A DNA stretch of 53,964 nucleotides from Nitrospirota bacterium (GTDB taxonomy: Bacteria > Nitrospirota > Leptospirillia > Leptospirillales > Leptospirillaceae): the NCBI GenBank assembly GCA_021827365.1, contig JAKAWK010000001.1, positions 1 to 53,964 of the forward strand. Direction: 5' to 3'. The position numbers and the translations under genes are program-made. Below, piece after piece: positions 9,824-18,837 of the stretch. The stretch's first letter is position 1; every line of letters begins with the position of its first letter. Under the pieces are notes generated by a model. It made no database searches. It saw only the letters and a list, made by a program, of their open reading frames with translations, and had not been told where the DNA came from.

Positions 9824-10844
9824 TGTTAACCAAATGGCGGGCCATTTCGACGGGGGTTTCGGGAAGGATCCCGTGACCGAGGTTGAAGATGAAGCCGGGA
9901 CGGCTTCCCACCCCGGACATGATCCGTTTTACCTCGGATTCGAGCGCATTTCTCGTTGTCAGAAGCACGACCGGATCGAGATTGCCCTGAAGAACCTTGT
10001 CTTCCGAGACCCGGGGGATGGCCCGTTCAAGCGGAAGACGCCAGTCAATGGACAGGACGTCCGTTCCGGCCCGGTTCATGTCATCGAGGAGGGCGCAGGT
10101 TCCATTTACATAGAGAATCGACGGAATCTTATGCCTTGAAAGAGCCCGGACCACCTCCTGGGTGTAGGGAAGGGCATACTCCCGATAATGTTCGGCGCAG
10201 AGGGAGCCGGCCCAGGTGTCGAAAAGCTGGTAGGCGTGGATCCCCGCCTCGATCTGCATCTCGAGATAGTCGATGACCGTTCGGGTCACCTTTTCCATCA
10301 GGGAACGGTAACCGCGGGGATTTCCAAAGATCATCCGCTTGACGCGGGTGAACTCCTTTGAGGTCTCCCCCTCGACCATATAGGTGGCAAGCGTGAAGGG
10401 GGACCCTGAAAATCCCAGGAGCGGGACCCGCCCATCCAGCCTCTTGTTAATGAGTCGCACCGCGTCGGCAACAAAACCGGTGGCCTTGCGGGCCTCAGGA
10501 ACCACAAGACGGTCGATGTCGGCATCGGTCCTGACAGGATTGGAAAAACGTGGCCCCTTGTGCTCGGTGAATTCGAGATCGAGCCCCATCGCCTCGACGG
10601 GGATGAGGATGTCCGAGAAGAGGATGGCGGCGTCAAGACCCAGAAGATCGATGGGCAGAAGGGTCGCCTGCGCGGCAAGCTCCGGCGTCTTGCACAGTCC
10701 AAGAAAGGTCGTCTTTTTGCGGATTTCCTGATATTCGGGCATGTAGCGACCCGCCTGTCGCATGATCCAGATGGGGGGACGATCAAGCCTTTCCCGGCGG
10801 CAGGCCCGCAGAAAAAGGTCATTGGATAGGAGAGCTGAGCCCAT
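9801..10844 (-). CDS. hemE: Uroporphyrinogen decarboxylase
   Basis: PIWIMRQAGRYMPEY motif; 347 aa. Confidence 0.92.
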   Translation of the reverse strand: MGSALLSNDLFLRACRRERLDRPPIWIMRQAGRYMPEYQEIRKKTTFLGLCKTPELAAQATLLPIDLLGLDAAILFSDILIPVEAMGLDLEFTEHKGPRFSNPVRTDADIDRLVVPEARKATGFVADAVRLINKRLDGRVPLLGFSGSPFTLATYMVEGETSKEFTRVKRMIFGNPRGYRSLMEKVTRTVIDYLEMQIEAGIHAYQLFDTWAGSLCAEHYREYALPYTQEVVRALSRHKIPSILYVNGTCALLDDMNRAGTDVLSIDWRLPLERAIPRVSEDKVLQGNLDPVVLLTTRNALESEVKRIMSGVGSRPGFIFNLGHGILPETPVEMARHLVNIVQNGLA

Positions 10845-10858
10845 GAACGGCCTTTTGG

Positions 10859-11692
10859 TTAAAGAGTGGCGGATGCCGGTGGATCAAGTGCGAGCCACCG
10901 GGGCATGACGGTCCGACGGTTTTTGACCAGGCGGGTGAGCCGCCCGGCAATGGCCTCAATAAGAATCGGATGATCACCAAAAGGGGGAGTGACGACCCCT
11001 CCGTGCGGGAGGGGATGACGGGCCAGGAAGTCTTCGAGACCCTTTCTGATCCTCTCCATGAGAACCCCCTCGAAGAGAAAATAAGGGACCACCAGAATCC
11101 TGTCGAACCCCGAAGGCTCAAGTGTTTCCAGCAACGGACGATAGCGGGGCTCGGTCACCCCGATAAAGGAATAGAGAAATTCGCGTCCTCGACGACGCTC
11201 CCAAAGGCGGCGACCCTGGTAGTAAAGGGAGGCATTCGCTCCCGGATCGAGGCTTCCCCGTCCCACAATCACCACCTGGTCCCGGATCTCGGGGTCTTTG
11301 GGAGGAAGAAGCTCAAGGATGACTGAGACAGGAGCCTGATCAGTCCCGATGGCCCACTCGCGGACGACCGTCACATTCGGAAACTCCCGGGCCAGCTCGC
11401 CCATGAAGCCCCAGACGTCCCCCTTGGAATGTCCGGCATCGAAGAGAAGAAATGGAAAAAGGTGGATCGAAGCCTTCATCTGGGCCAGTTCACGGAGAAC
11501 CGTCCGGACTTCCGGTTCGGCATGTTCGAGAAAGGCCTCCCGGACCACCCATTCCGGAGGCAGTCTGGGCATAAGTTTTGCCACTGTCTCCCGAAAATGC
11601 CTGTTCCCCTCGGCAAGGGGACTTCCGTGGCCGATCAGAACCACTGCCGTCGGCCCGCTTTCCCTCTCAAGGGATTCTGACACATTATCCAT
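10859..11692 (-). CDS. cbiX: CbiX-type (class II) tetrapyrrole chelatase, two-domain form
   Basis: VVLIGHGS...; the second half repeats the fold (VVIVGRGS, VVPYFLFEG). It lies 14 nt upstream of hemE. Confidence 0.7.
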   Translation of the reverse strand: MDNVSESLERESGPTAVVLIGHGSPLAEGNRHFRETVAKLMPRLPPEWVVREAFLEHAEPEVRTVLRELAQMKASIHLFPFLLFDAGHSKGDVWGFMGELAREFPNVTVVREWAIGTDQAPVSVILELLPPKDPEIRDQVVIVGRGSLDPGANASLYYQGRRLWERRRGREFLYSFIGVTEPRYRPLLETLEPSGFDRILVVPYFLFEGVLMERIRKGLEDFLARHPLPHGGVVTPPFGDHPILIEAIAGRLTRLVKNRRTVMPRWLALDPPASATL

Positions 11693-11828
11693 GAGGAAAT
11701 TATACGGCCAGAACAGGGAAGGGTCAACGAAAAACGGGTCTTTTGAGGCAATTTCCGGGACTCATCGAAGAGCCTCCCCCGCCCCGGAGAATGAAAGGGA
11801 CTTCCGGAGGAGCTTTCCTGACCGGCTC

Positions 11829-12593
11829 TCAGCCCCCGCCGCAACCAGCCTTCCTGGCCCTCACAAGAAGAAGGGCCCCGGCCAGGATCCCTCCCAGGAG
11901 AAGATCGGCCCCCGCGATTCCCCACTCCTTCAGGAAAATGGCAACGGAGAGGTTGAAGAGAAAGACAATTCCGTAAATGGAGATGGAGAGGGCGGGATCA
12001 AGACGGTCCGGGCTCCCGGTTCCGGGGGAGACCAGGGGGAGAAACCGCCAGAGAGTCATGATGAAGAACCCGGTGACAGCCCATCCGGCAAAGTTCGACA
12101 GGGTGACGCCGAAATAGGGCCCCCCATCGGGGTAGTCATAAATCTGGCCTAGAAACCACCGGTCTCCCCTGAGCGCCACGGGGTCGATCACCATGTCGAT
12201 CATGACAAAAAGAAGAATCCCCCGGACAAGGATCCGGGAGAAGTCCTGCCAGGGGAGGAGAAGGGATTCACGAAGACTCCGGCCTTCAAAGAGGGCGGAG
12301 ACTCCCAGCGACCCCACGGCAAGGAAGGCAAAGGAGAGGGAATCCATCAGAGGAAGAATCCCGATCCAGATCTCCTTCGACGTGGTCGTGGGAAGATAGC
12401 GGTAATGGCCAAAGGGAAACCACCCGCCGGGCCGGGCGGAAGACCATTCGCAGAAATAGGCGATCCCATAGGCAAGAAGAAAGCGGAGAAAGGCTCCAGG
12501 AAAACCTATGGCCCGTGACAGAGTCAGAAGTCCGACCCCCCAGAAGAAAAAAACGTACCACCGGAAGTGGAGGGTAGACAAGAATAGATGCAC
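11829..12593 (-). CDS. Polytopic membrane protein resembling the carotenoid-biosynthesis/CruF family (PF04240, DUF422)
   Basis: GTG start 4 nt after the upstream stop. Motifs EWSSARPGGWFPFGHYRY and YFGVTLSNFAGW match my recollection of PF04240; about 7 TM helices. Confidence 0.5.
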   Translation of the reverse strand: MHLFLSTLHFRWYVFFFWGVGLLTLSRAIGFPGAFLRFLLAYGIAYFCEWSSARPGGWFPFGHYRYLPTTTSKEIWIGILPLMDSLSFAFLAVGSLGVSALFEGRSLRESLLLPWQDFSRILVRGILLFVMIDMVIDPVALRGDRWFLGQIYDYPDGGPYFGVTLSNFAGWAVTGFFIMTLWRFLPLVSPGTGSPDRLDPALSISIYGIVFLFNLSVAIFLKEWGIAGADLLLGGILAGALLLVRARKAGCGGG

Positions 12594-12597
12594 GGGT

Positions 12598-12969
12598 TCA
12601 GCTGGTTCCGGACCGGGCGATCAGGGCGACCCCGATAGTGATCAGGGAGATTCCCCCCCATCGGAGAAGGGGGACTCCTTCCCCTAGAAAAAGGCGGGCG
12701 AGAAGTGCGGTCAGGACATAGCCGAAGCCGGTCATCGGAACGACGAGGCTGACCGGAAGTTCTCTCAGGAGGCCCAGAAGAAGGACGAAATAGAGAGCCT
12801 GGAGGAAGACGCCAAGAAGGATCTCCGGGTGACGAAGGATTGCCCGGAGTCTCCCGCCTCCGTTTTCCGCCCTGGTGGCCTTCATCCCTCGGGAGAGGAG
12901 GATGAATCCGATATCCTCAAGAAGGAGCGCAAGGAAAAAAAGAAGAAGCAGTCCGGCATAGGAAAACAT
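12598..12969 (-). CDS. Small 4-TM EamA/SMR-like protein (ArnE/ArnF-like putative flippase subunit)
   Basis: Only the C-terminal 123 aa of ORF 12598..13356 are credible. The ATG at 12969 shares one base with the hpnI stop (TGATG). Four hydrophobic helices and an EamA-type C-terminus (LLRWGGISLITIGVALIA). Confidence 0.6.
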   Translation of the reverse strand: MFSYAGLLLLFFLALLLEDIGFILLSRGMKATRAENGGGRLRAILRHPEILLGVFLQALYFVLLLGLLRELPVSLVVPMTGFGYVLTALLARLFLGEGVPLLRWGGISLITIGVALIARSGTS

Positions 12970-14183
12970 CAGGACCTGGAAGTATCGGGGATCCCATCCC
13001 CGGTGGAATTGGGAAGATCGAGGGGTTTGAGGGCCCCTCCCGGAAGGATCCGGTACCGGTGTCCCCGCCACATGATACGGCGCCCGAAACTTCCGAAATA
13101 GGCGACAAGGGAGACAATCTCCCTCATGAGCCAGACGCCCGTGTCCCTGTGGGTCATGGGGCGATCGAGAAACTGCCGTGTGAGGTAGGAGACCAGGGCC
13201 ACATGAAGGACATAGAGACCTGCGGCCCCCACCGAAAGGGCGGGATTGCCCGAGAAGATCCCAAAGATGAAAGCCAGGAAGACAAACAGGATCGGGCGGA
13301 CGAAAAGGGAGAGACCATATCCGAAAGGCCGGAGGCTGGAATAGGTCCGGGCCCAACGGATTTCATGGGAAAAGATGGACGACAGGGTCTCGTCACGGAT
13401 CTGGGCATCGATCAGAGTGGGAGAGAGAATGATCCGGTATCCCTTTTCATGAATCAGTCGTCCGAGGTGGTAGTCATCGGCCAGATAGTCCTTCATGACA
13501 TCGAAACCGCCGATAGCCCGGATGGCCTCCCCACGAAAAAGCATTGTCGGTCCATAGAGATATGTCAGTGGCATAAGCACATAGGCAACAAGGGCCTGGG
13601 GTATCATCTCACTGTTCAAAAGCATGGCCGAAAGCCTCGAAGAGAATCCCCCCTCGGGGGTTCCCCGCTGAAGGCAGGTCACGGCTCCAACATCGGGCTC
13701 GGAAAGAATGGGGAGAACGATTTCCCGAAGGTAGGTCGGTCCGACACGGATATCGCTGTCGTTTAACAGGATGAAGGGATCGGTCACATCCCGGGCCACG
13801 GCCGCAACCTTGTTCATTTTTTTGTTAGTCCCGGACCTTTCGGAGACGATGGCCAGGGAGACCTTTTCCGGATAGAGCGACTCGAGTTCACGAATCAGCT
13901 GAACGGCAGGATCGTCGGGGGAATCGACCGTAAAGATGATCCGGAAGTTGGGATAGCGCTGTTCGATGAAGGAGAGAAAGTTCTCACGGGCTCCATGGTC
14001 GAGACCGCGGACAGGCTTGATCATCAGGATGGGCGGAAGAACGCCGTCAGGAACCCAGGATTCCCGACGACTACGCAAAAGACGGTCTGCCCCGAACAGG
14101 GCCAGACCGTCAAAGAAGACGCCGATGGCTGCAATAAAAAGCGAGACGCCACCGGCGGCGAACAGGATGCCGGTAGGATTCAT
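12969..14183 (-). CDS. hpnI: Hopanoid-associated family-2 glycosyltransferase
   Basis: Ceramide-glucosyltransferase-like GT2 (PxLMIKPVRGLD, NDSDIRV, FRGEAIRAIGGF, TM helices at both ends) directly downstream of hpnJ. I chose the start at 14183 (MNPTG), 16 nt after the hpnJ stop; the ORF track extends to 14261. Confidence 0.75.
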   Translation of the reverse strand: MNPTGILFAAGGVSLFIAAIGVFFDGLALFGADRLLRSRRESWVPDGVLPPILMIKPVRGLDHGARENFLSFIEQRYPNFRIIFTVDSPDDPAVQLIRELESLYPEKVSLAIVSERSGTNKKMNKVAAVARDVTDPFILLNDSDIRVGPTYLREIVLPILSEPDVGAVTCLQRGTPEGGFSSRLSAMLLNSEMIPQALVAYVLMPLTYLYGPTMLFRGEAIRAIGGFDVMKDYLADDYHLGRLIHEKGYRIILSPTLIDAQIRDETLSSIFSHEIRWARTYSSLRPFGYGLSLFVRPILFVFLAFIFGIFSGNPALSVGAAGLYVLHVALVSYLTRQFLDRPMTHRDTGVWLMREIVSLVAYFGSFGRRIMWRGHRYRILPGGALKPLDLPNSTGDGIPDTSRS

Positions 14184-14199
14184 CGGGACCTGTGGGGGT

Positions 14200-15642
14200 T
14201 CATGTGGTCTGATGCGCCTTTTCCGATTCCCTCCGTTTGGCCATGAAACGGAAAAACTCACGGGCTTCGCGGACGGTTTTCTTGAGTTCGGAATAGCTGA
14301 ACATGGCCCGGCGCAAGACCTTCAGCACATAACGTGGCCGAAAATAGTACTGACGGTAAAACTTTGGCACGGCCATAAAGATTTCGCGCGAGGTAATTTC
14401 CGGATAGACAATATTGACCGACTGGAAACCGTCGTCAGAGACCATCTCCGCATCGACCAGATACCCGTTTTCCTTCGCATATTCGTAAAAATGGGTTCCG
14501 GGGTAGGGCGAGGCCAGGGAGACCTGGAGGGTCTCGATATTGAGACGGCTCGCAAAGGCGATGGTTTCGTCGATCGTCTCCGTCGTCTCACCGGGAAGAC
14601 CGACCATGAAAGTTCCATGAATGGTCATTCCCAGCTGATGGGCGTCCCGGGTGAACTTTTCCGCCTGGTCCACGCGAATCCCCTTTTTGACATTGTTGAG
14701 GATTTGCTGGTTGCCGGATTCGTAGCCGACGACCATGACCCGGCATCCCGAATCCCGCATGATGCGGAGAGTTTCAAAGTCCACGTTTGCCTTGGAGTTA
14801 CACCCCCATGACAGGTTGAAGGCCTTGAGTCCCTTTGCCAGCTCCCGTGTCCTGTCCCGATACTCTGTCAGAGTGTCGTCGTCAAAAAAGAGTTCCTTGA
14901 TGCCCGGGAAGGTTTTCTTGATATAGGCGACCTCTTCGAGGACATTCTCCACTGAACGAACCCGGTAGACATTTCCGGAGAAGGTCTGGGGCCAGAGGCA
15001 GAAGGTGCATTTGCTTCCGCATCCCCGTCCCGTATAGATCGAAATGTAAGGGAACTTCATCCAGGGAATCTCGTAGTCACTGATTTTGAGATCTCTTGCA
15101 TAGACTTTGGACGCAAAGGGAAGGGCATCGAGATCCTCGATGACCGGGCGGTCCGGATTCCCGATGATGGCCCCGTCCTTCCTGAAATGGATTCCGGCCA
15201 CATCCTCGAGCCTGGCCCCATTTGCGATCTCCGGGATCACATAATCGAACTCTTCCCTGACCACGAAGTCGATGACAGGATCGGCCTTGAGAGTCAGCTC
15301 CGGTAATACGGAGGGATGAGGACCCACAAAGCCCACCAGCATGGAAGGATTTCGCTCTTTCAGTCCCTGGGCCGTCGCAATGTCGTTCTTGAGAGAAGGG
15401 GTGCTCGTATAAAGGACGACCATGTCAAAGGATTTGGCCAGTCCGAGCGTCTCCTCTCTCCCCATGTTCTGGGCGGGAGCATCAACCACAAGAGAATTCT
15501 CGAGCATTCCGGCCGGGTAAGTAAGCCAGGTCGGGTACCAGAAGGAGCGCACCTCCCGGGTGGCCTGATATCGTGCACCTGCTCCTCCATCAAAGTCGTC
15601 GAATGAGGGAGGGTTCAGGAAAAGTGTCCGCTTTGTCGCCAT
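14200..15642 (-). CDS. hpnJ: Hopanoid-associated B12-binding radical SAM protein
   Basis: N-terminus KRTLFLNPPSFDDFDGGAGARYQA, radical-SAM cluster GRGCGSKCTFC, 480 aa; located between ispH and hpnI. Confidence 0.8.
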   Translation of the reverse strand: MATKRTLFLNPPSFDDFDGGAGARYQATREVRSFWYPTWLTYPAGMLENSLVVDAPAQNMGREETLGLAKSFDMVVLYTSTPSLKNDIATAQGLKERNPSMLVGFVGPHPSVLPELTLKADPVIDFVVREEFDYVIPEIANGARLEDVAGIHFRKDGAIIGNPDRPVIEDLDALPFASKVYARDLKISDYEIPWMKFPYISIYTGRGCGSKCTFCLWPQTFSGNVYRVRSVENVLEEVAYIKKTFPGIKELFFDDDTLTEYRDRTRELAKGLKAFNLSWGCNSKANVDFETLRIMRDSGCRVMVVGYESGNQQILNNVKKGIRVDQAEKFTRDAHQLGMTIHGTFMVGLPGETTETIDETIAFASRLNIETLQVSLASPYPGTHFYEYAKENGYLVDAEMVSDDGFQSVNIVYPEITSREIFMAVPKFYRQYYFRPRYVLKVLRRAMFSYSELKKTVREAREFFRFMAKRRESEKAHQTT

Positions 15643-15725
15643 GGCATCCTTTCAAATCAATGTGCCGGCCATAATGGACGTCCGGCGTTATCCCCTCGAT
15701 GCTGGAATTGTCGGCTTCCTTTGGT

Positions 15726-16634
15726 TCAGTGGACCTCGATAAACTCTTCTTCGGCCGACTCGTTTCGGATGACCGAAGGCGCCACTCCTTTTTGAAGGGA
15801 TATTTCCTTGAGTTTCTCGATAACATCCTCGATCAGGTAATCGGGTGTGGAGGCACCGGCCGTCACTCCCACACGCTCGCGGCCTGAAAACCATTCCGCC
15901 TGGACTTCGGAAGCCTGGTCAACGAGGTAGGAGGCCGCACAGAGCCCCCCGGAAACCTCCTGAAGACGTCGGGAATTGGCAGAGCTCATGGAACCGACAG
16001 TAATCATGACATCCATGTTTCCCGCAATGGCCAAGGCCGAGGTCTGGCGCTTCTCAGTGGCGTCGCAGATTGTGTTGTGGACCTCAAGCTGGGGATAGCG
16101 CTTGAGAAGGAGTTCCAGGATCTCGTCGAAATACTTGATCGATTGGGTCGTCTGTGACACGAGGGCCACCGGACCATTGGTCAGGGGCAGGCCCGAGATT
16201 TCTTCCTTGCGGTGAAAGATATGGATATGATCCTCGGCATGGCCCTGGACCCCCATCACCTCGTCATGGCTTTTTTCTCCGAGAAGCAGGATCGTGTAGT
16301 TCTTGTCTGCCAGGGCCTTGACGATCCGGTGAATTTTGGAGACCAGAGGACATGTGGTGTCAACGACATCGAGATTGCGCGACTTCGCCTCATCGATGAC
16401 GCTCGGGGAGACCCCATGGGCACTGATGATCAATGTTCCTCCCTGGACCTCGGAGACATCGTCCACCGAATGGACGCCGCGGTTTGCCAGGTCGTTGACC
16501 ACATGGGTATTGTGAACGATTTCATGCAGGACGAAGATAGGGCCGGAAGACTCCTCCGCTGTCCGATGAGCCATCTTGATCGCCCTCTTCACTCCAACGC
16601 AGACGCCGGCATATTCCGTCAGAAATATTTCCAT
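15726..16634 (-). CDS. ispH: 4-hydroxy-3-methylbut-2-enyl diphosphate reductase
   Basis: AGVCVGVKRAI, HEIVHN, three conserved Cys regions; 302 aa. Confidence 0.92.
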   Translation of the reverse strand: MEIFLTEYAGVCVGVKRAIKMAHRTAEESSGPIFVLHEIVHNTHVVNDLANRGVHSVDDVSEVQGGTLIISAHGVSPSVIDEAKSRNLDVVDTTCPLVSKIHRIVKALADKNYTILLLGEKSHDEVMGVQGHAEDHIHIFHRKEEISGLPLTNGPVALVSQTTQSIKYFDEILELLLKRYPQLEVHNTICDATEKRQTSALAIAGNMDVMITVGSMSSANSRRLQEVSGGLCAASYLVDQASEVQAEWFSGRERVGVTAGASTPDYLIEDVIEKLKEISLQKGVAPSVIRNESAEEEFIEVH

Positions 16635-16728
16635 TCACCCCTCCATATTGTTTTCGCAGCACGCATATCGAAGATATGTATATCGTTCAGGTCGGCACAC
16701 CCCAAGGGATGGCTGACGCTCCAGAGAA

Positions 16729-17775
16729 TCAGGCAATTCGTCCGAGGAGCCTTTCGGACAGGGAGGAATCAAGATATCCGGAGGATGCAAAATAGCGAAC
16801 CGCATCCCTGAATGCCTCCTCCACCGGCGTTACAGCAAGACCCAGTTCGCGAACGGCACGGCTTCCATCATAATACATGAGTTTTTTTGCCATGCGAACC
16901 CCCTCGAGAGGAATCATGGGCTCCCGGCCCGTCAGACGTGAAAATCCCTCCGACAGAAAGGCAAGCGGAAGGACAACCCCCCGGGGAACGGTCACGGTCG
17001 GAGCGGGAATTCCCGTTACAGCCTCGAGGGACCGGAACACTTCGAAAAGAGTCATGTTCCGCCCTGCCAGGATATATTTCTCCCCCGGCTTGCCATGACG
17101 TGCGGCAAGAAGATGCCCCCTCGCCACATCCATCACGTGAATGACATTAAGCCCTGTGTGAATGGAGGCCTTCATGCGGCCCTTGAGGTAATCGAGGACG
17201 ATGCGTCCCGTGGGGGTGGGCTTGATGTCCCGGGCTCCGATCGGCGCGGAAGGATTGACCACCACAAGAGACAGGCGGTCAGCAAACGAGAGAGCCACCT
17301 GCTCGGCCTCGTACTTCGAAATTTTATACTCTCCAACTAGCGATTGTCTATCGACAGCCATGGATTCGTCGATGGGGATCCCGTCGGTCCGGGCCCCGAG
17401 GGCGGCGACGCTGCTGCAGTAGACCACACGGGAAACCCCGGCCTCAAGGGCCGCTTCCAGGATATTGCGGGTCCCCGACACATTGGAGAAAAGAATCTCG
17501 CCCCTTTTGGGAGACCAGAGGCGGTAGTCAGCCGCAACATGGTAGAGGGTGTCCACACCCTCCATGGCACGATCAAGGGAGGCCCGATCGAGAAGGTCAC
17601 CTTCCACCCATTGGACCATAGGGCTTTCGGGGGGAAGGTTAGCCGTTGAAGATTCCTTGCGGCGAAGACACCGGATTTTCTCTCCGGACTCCACCAGAAG
17701 AGCGGCGACCCATGAGCCCACAAAGCCGGTGGCTCCGGTTACGAGGGAAAGTGGTTGCGAAAATGGAGCATTCAT
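16729..17775 (-). CDS. hpnA: Hopanoid-associated NAD-dependent sugar epimerase/reductase
   Basis: Rossmann motif VTGATGFVGSWV, a YxxxK (YKISKYEAE), 348 aa, at the head of the hpn block. Confidence 0.75.
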   Translation of the reverse strand: MNAPFSQPLSLVTGATGFVGSWVAALLVESGEKIRCLRRKESSTANLPPESPMVQWVEGDLLDRASLDRAMEGVDTLYHVAADYRLWSPKRGEILFSNVSGTRNILEAALEAGVSRVVYCSSVAALGARTDGIPIDESMAVDRQSLVGEYKISKYEAEQVALSFADRLSLVVVNPSAPIGARDIKPTPTGRIVLDYLKGRMKASIHTGLNVIHVMDVARGHLLAARHGKPGEKYILAGRNMTLFEVFRSLEAVTGIPAPTVTVPRGVVLPLAFLSEGFSRLTGREPMIPLEGVRMAKKLMYYDGSRAVRELGLAVTPVEEAFRDAVRYFASSGYLDSSLSERLLGRIA

Positions 17776-18008
17776 TCTTCAATCATGCCATGATCCTAAA
17801 AGATTTGTCCATCGGATTTTTCACTCAGCCCCCCACTGGAATCAGGGGGATTCCCGTGCCATTTCCCAATCGCGCCCGGTTCATCCCCGGGTGGAAGTCC
17901 GCCTGACCCGGGGGAAGACGACCCTCTCTTCCCAAAGTTTCCGGTTCCAATAAGGAGTAACTTAAAACCCACCGGTTTCCAAAAAAAATGAATTCCCGTG
18001 TTGAGATG

Positions 18009-18037
18009 TTGACAGCTTGCCTTTCGAGTGGCAGGAT
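18009..18037 (+). promoter_or_regulatory. Possible sigma70 promoter for the lipoprotein gene
   Basis: TTGACA, a 17-nt spacer, then CAGGAT (a weak -10). Confidence 0.3.
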
Positions 18038-18060
18038 GTCCTGCAACACATTGCCGGAAA

Positions 18061-18837
18061 ATGAGGGTTCACAATTCCGGCAGGGTCCAACGAAATTCTG
18101 AGGATGTGCCTCCCATCGAACCGATCACCGACAACACCCGCCAGGACCGGTGGTTCTTCCGTTCCGGAAGGGTCTCGCTCTTTGCCCTTGCGGGAATGAT
18201 GATCCTTCTGCTTTCTTCCTGCCAAAGCGCCCCCGTTCCCCTCTCGGACCAGTCCGTTCTGGACAGGACCGGGCTCAAGCTTCCCGACACCTATCCCCCC
18301 GGGTCCCCGGAACATCCGCGAATGGTCCGGATCCTCCAGTCAATGGGCTTTTCCTGGAACAATCCCCGGTTCACGATCGGTCACCACCTTTTCAGGGAAA
18401 ACGAGGTGGCCTGGTTCGACAGGGCCGGCAATCTCCACATCACCCGCTATACCGGACTGTTCAGGGAAACCGGATACAAGATCCGGCGTTATGTCCCGTC
18501 TTCCTCCGGAGATCTCGAGCACCGGGGAAGCCACATCCGGGGAAGCCTTCTTCTCTGCCTTTTCGACCGGCCGGCCAGCGCCCTGGACTGGCACAGGCAG
18601 ATCAGTTCCGTCGATCTCCTGGCAGAGATGGCGGTTGGCGCTCCCATCGATCTTCTTGTGACCCCGGTCTCGCTTCCCCTCTGCCTGTTTTCCGACCGTC
18701 AGCCGGCAGCCTTTATCCGTGCCGAGGAAGAGCCGGACGACAAGACCGTCCAGAAGGTCCGGGACCGGTACAGAAGGATGGCTCAAAAGGGAAACCCGAT
18801 CCCGACGTATGTCACGGCCCCTGCCTCTGTCGAATAA
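18061..18837 (+). CDS. Lipoprotein of unknown function
   Basis: Lipobox LLLSSC preceded by an Arg-rich n-region. I chose the ATG at 18061, downstream of the putative promoter; the ORF track starts at GTG 18028. The 3' end overlaps the convergent Omp85-like gene by 55 nt. Confidence 0.5.
   Translation: MRVHNSGRVQRNSEDVPPIEPITDNTRQDRWFFRSGRVSLFALAGMMILLLSSCQSAPVPLSDQSVLDRTGLKLPDTYPPGSPEHPRMVRILQSMGFSWNNPRFTIGHHLFRENEVAWFDRAGNLHITRYTGLFRETGYKIRRYVPSSSGDLEHRGSHIRGSLLLCLFDRPASALDWHRQISSVDLLAEMAVGAPIDLLVTPVSLPLCLFSDRQPAAFIRAEEEPDDKTVQKVRDRYRRMAQKGNPIPTYVTAPASVE

Noticed and set aside
12970-13356. The N-terminal 129 codons of ORF 12598..13356.
   Set aside because: They lie entirely inside hpnI in another frame and are Pro/Arg/Gly-rich. 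The credible protein starts at the ATG that overlaps the hpnI stop.
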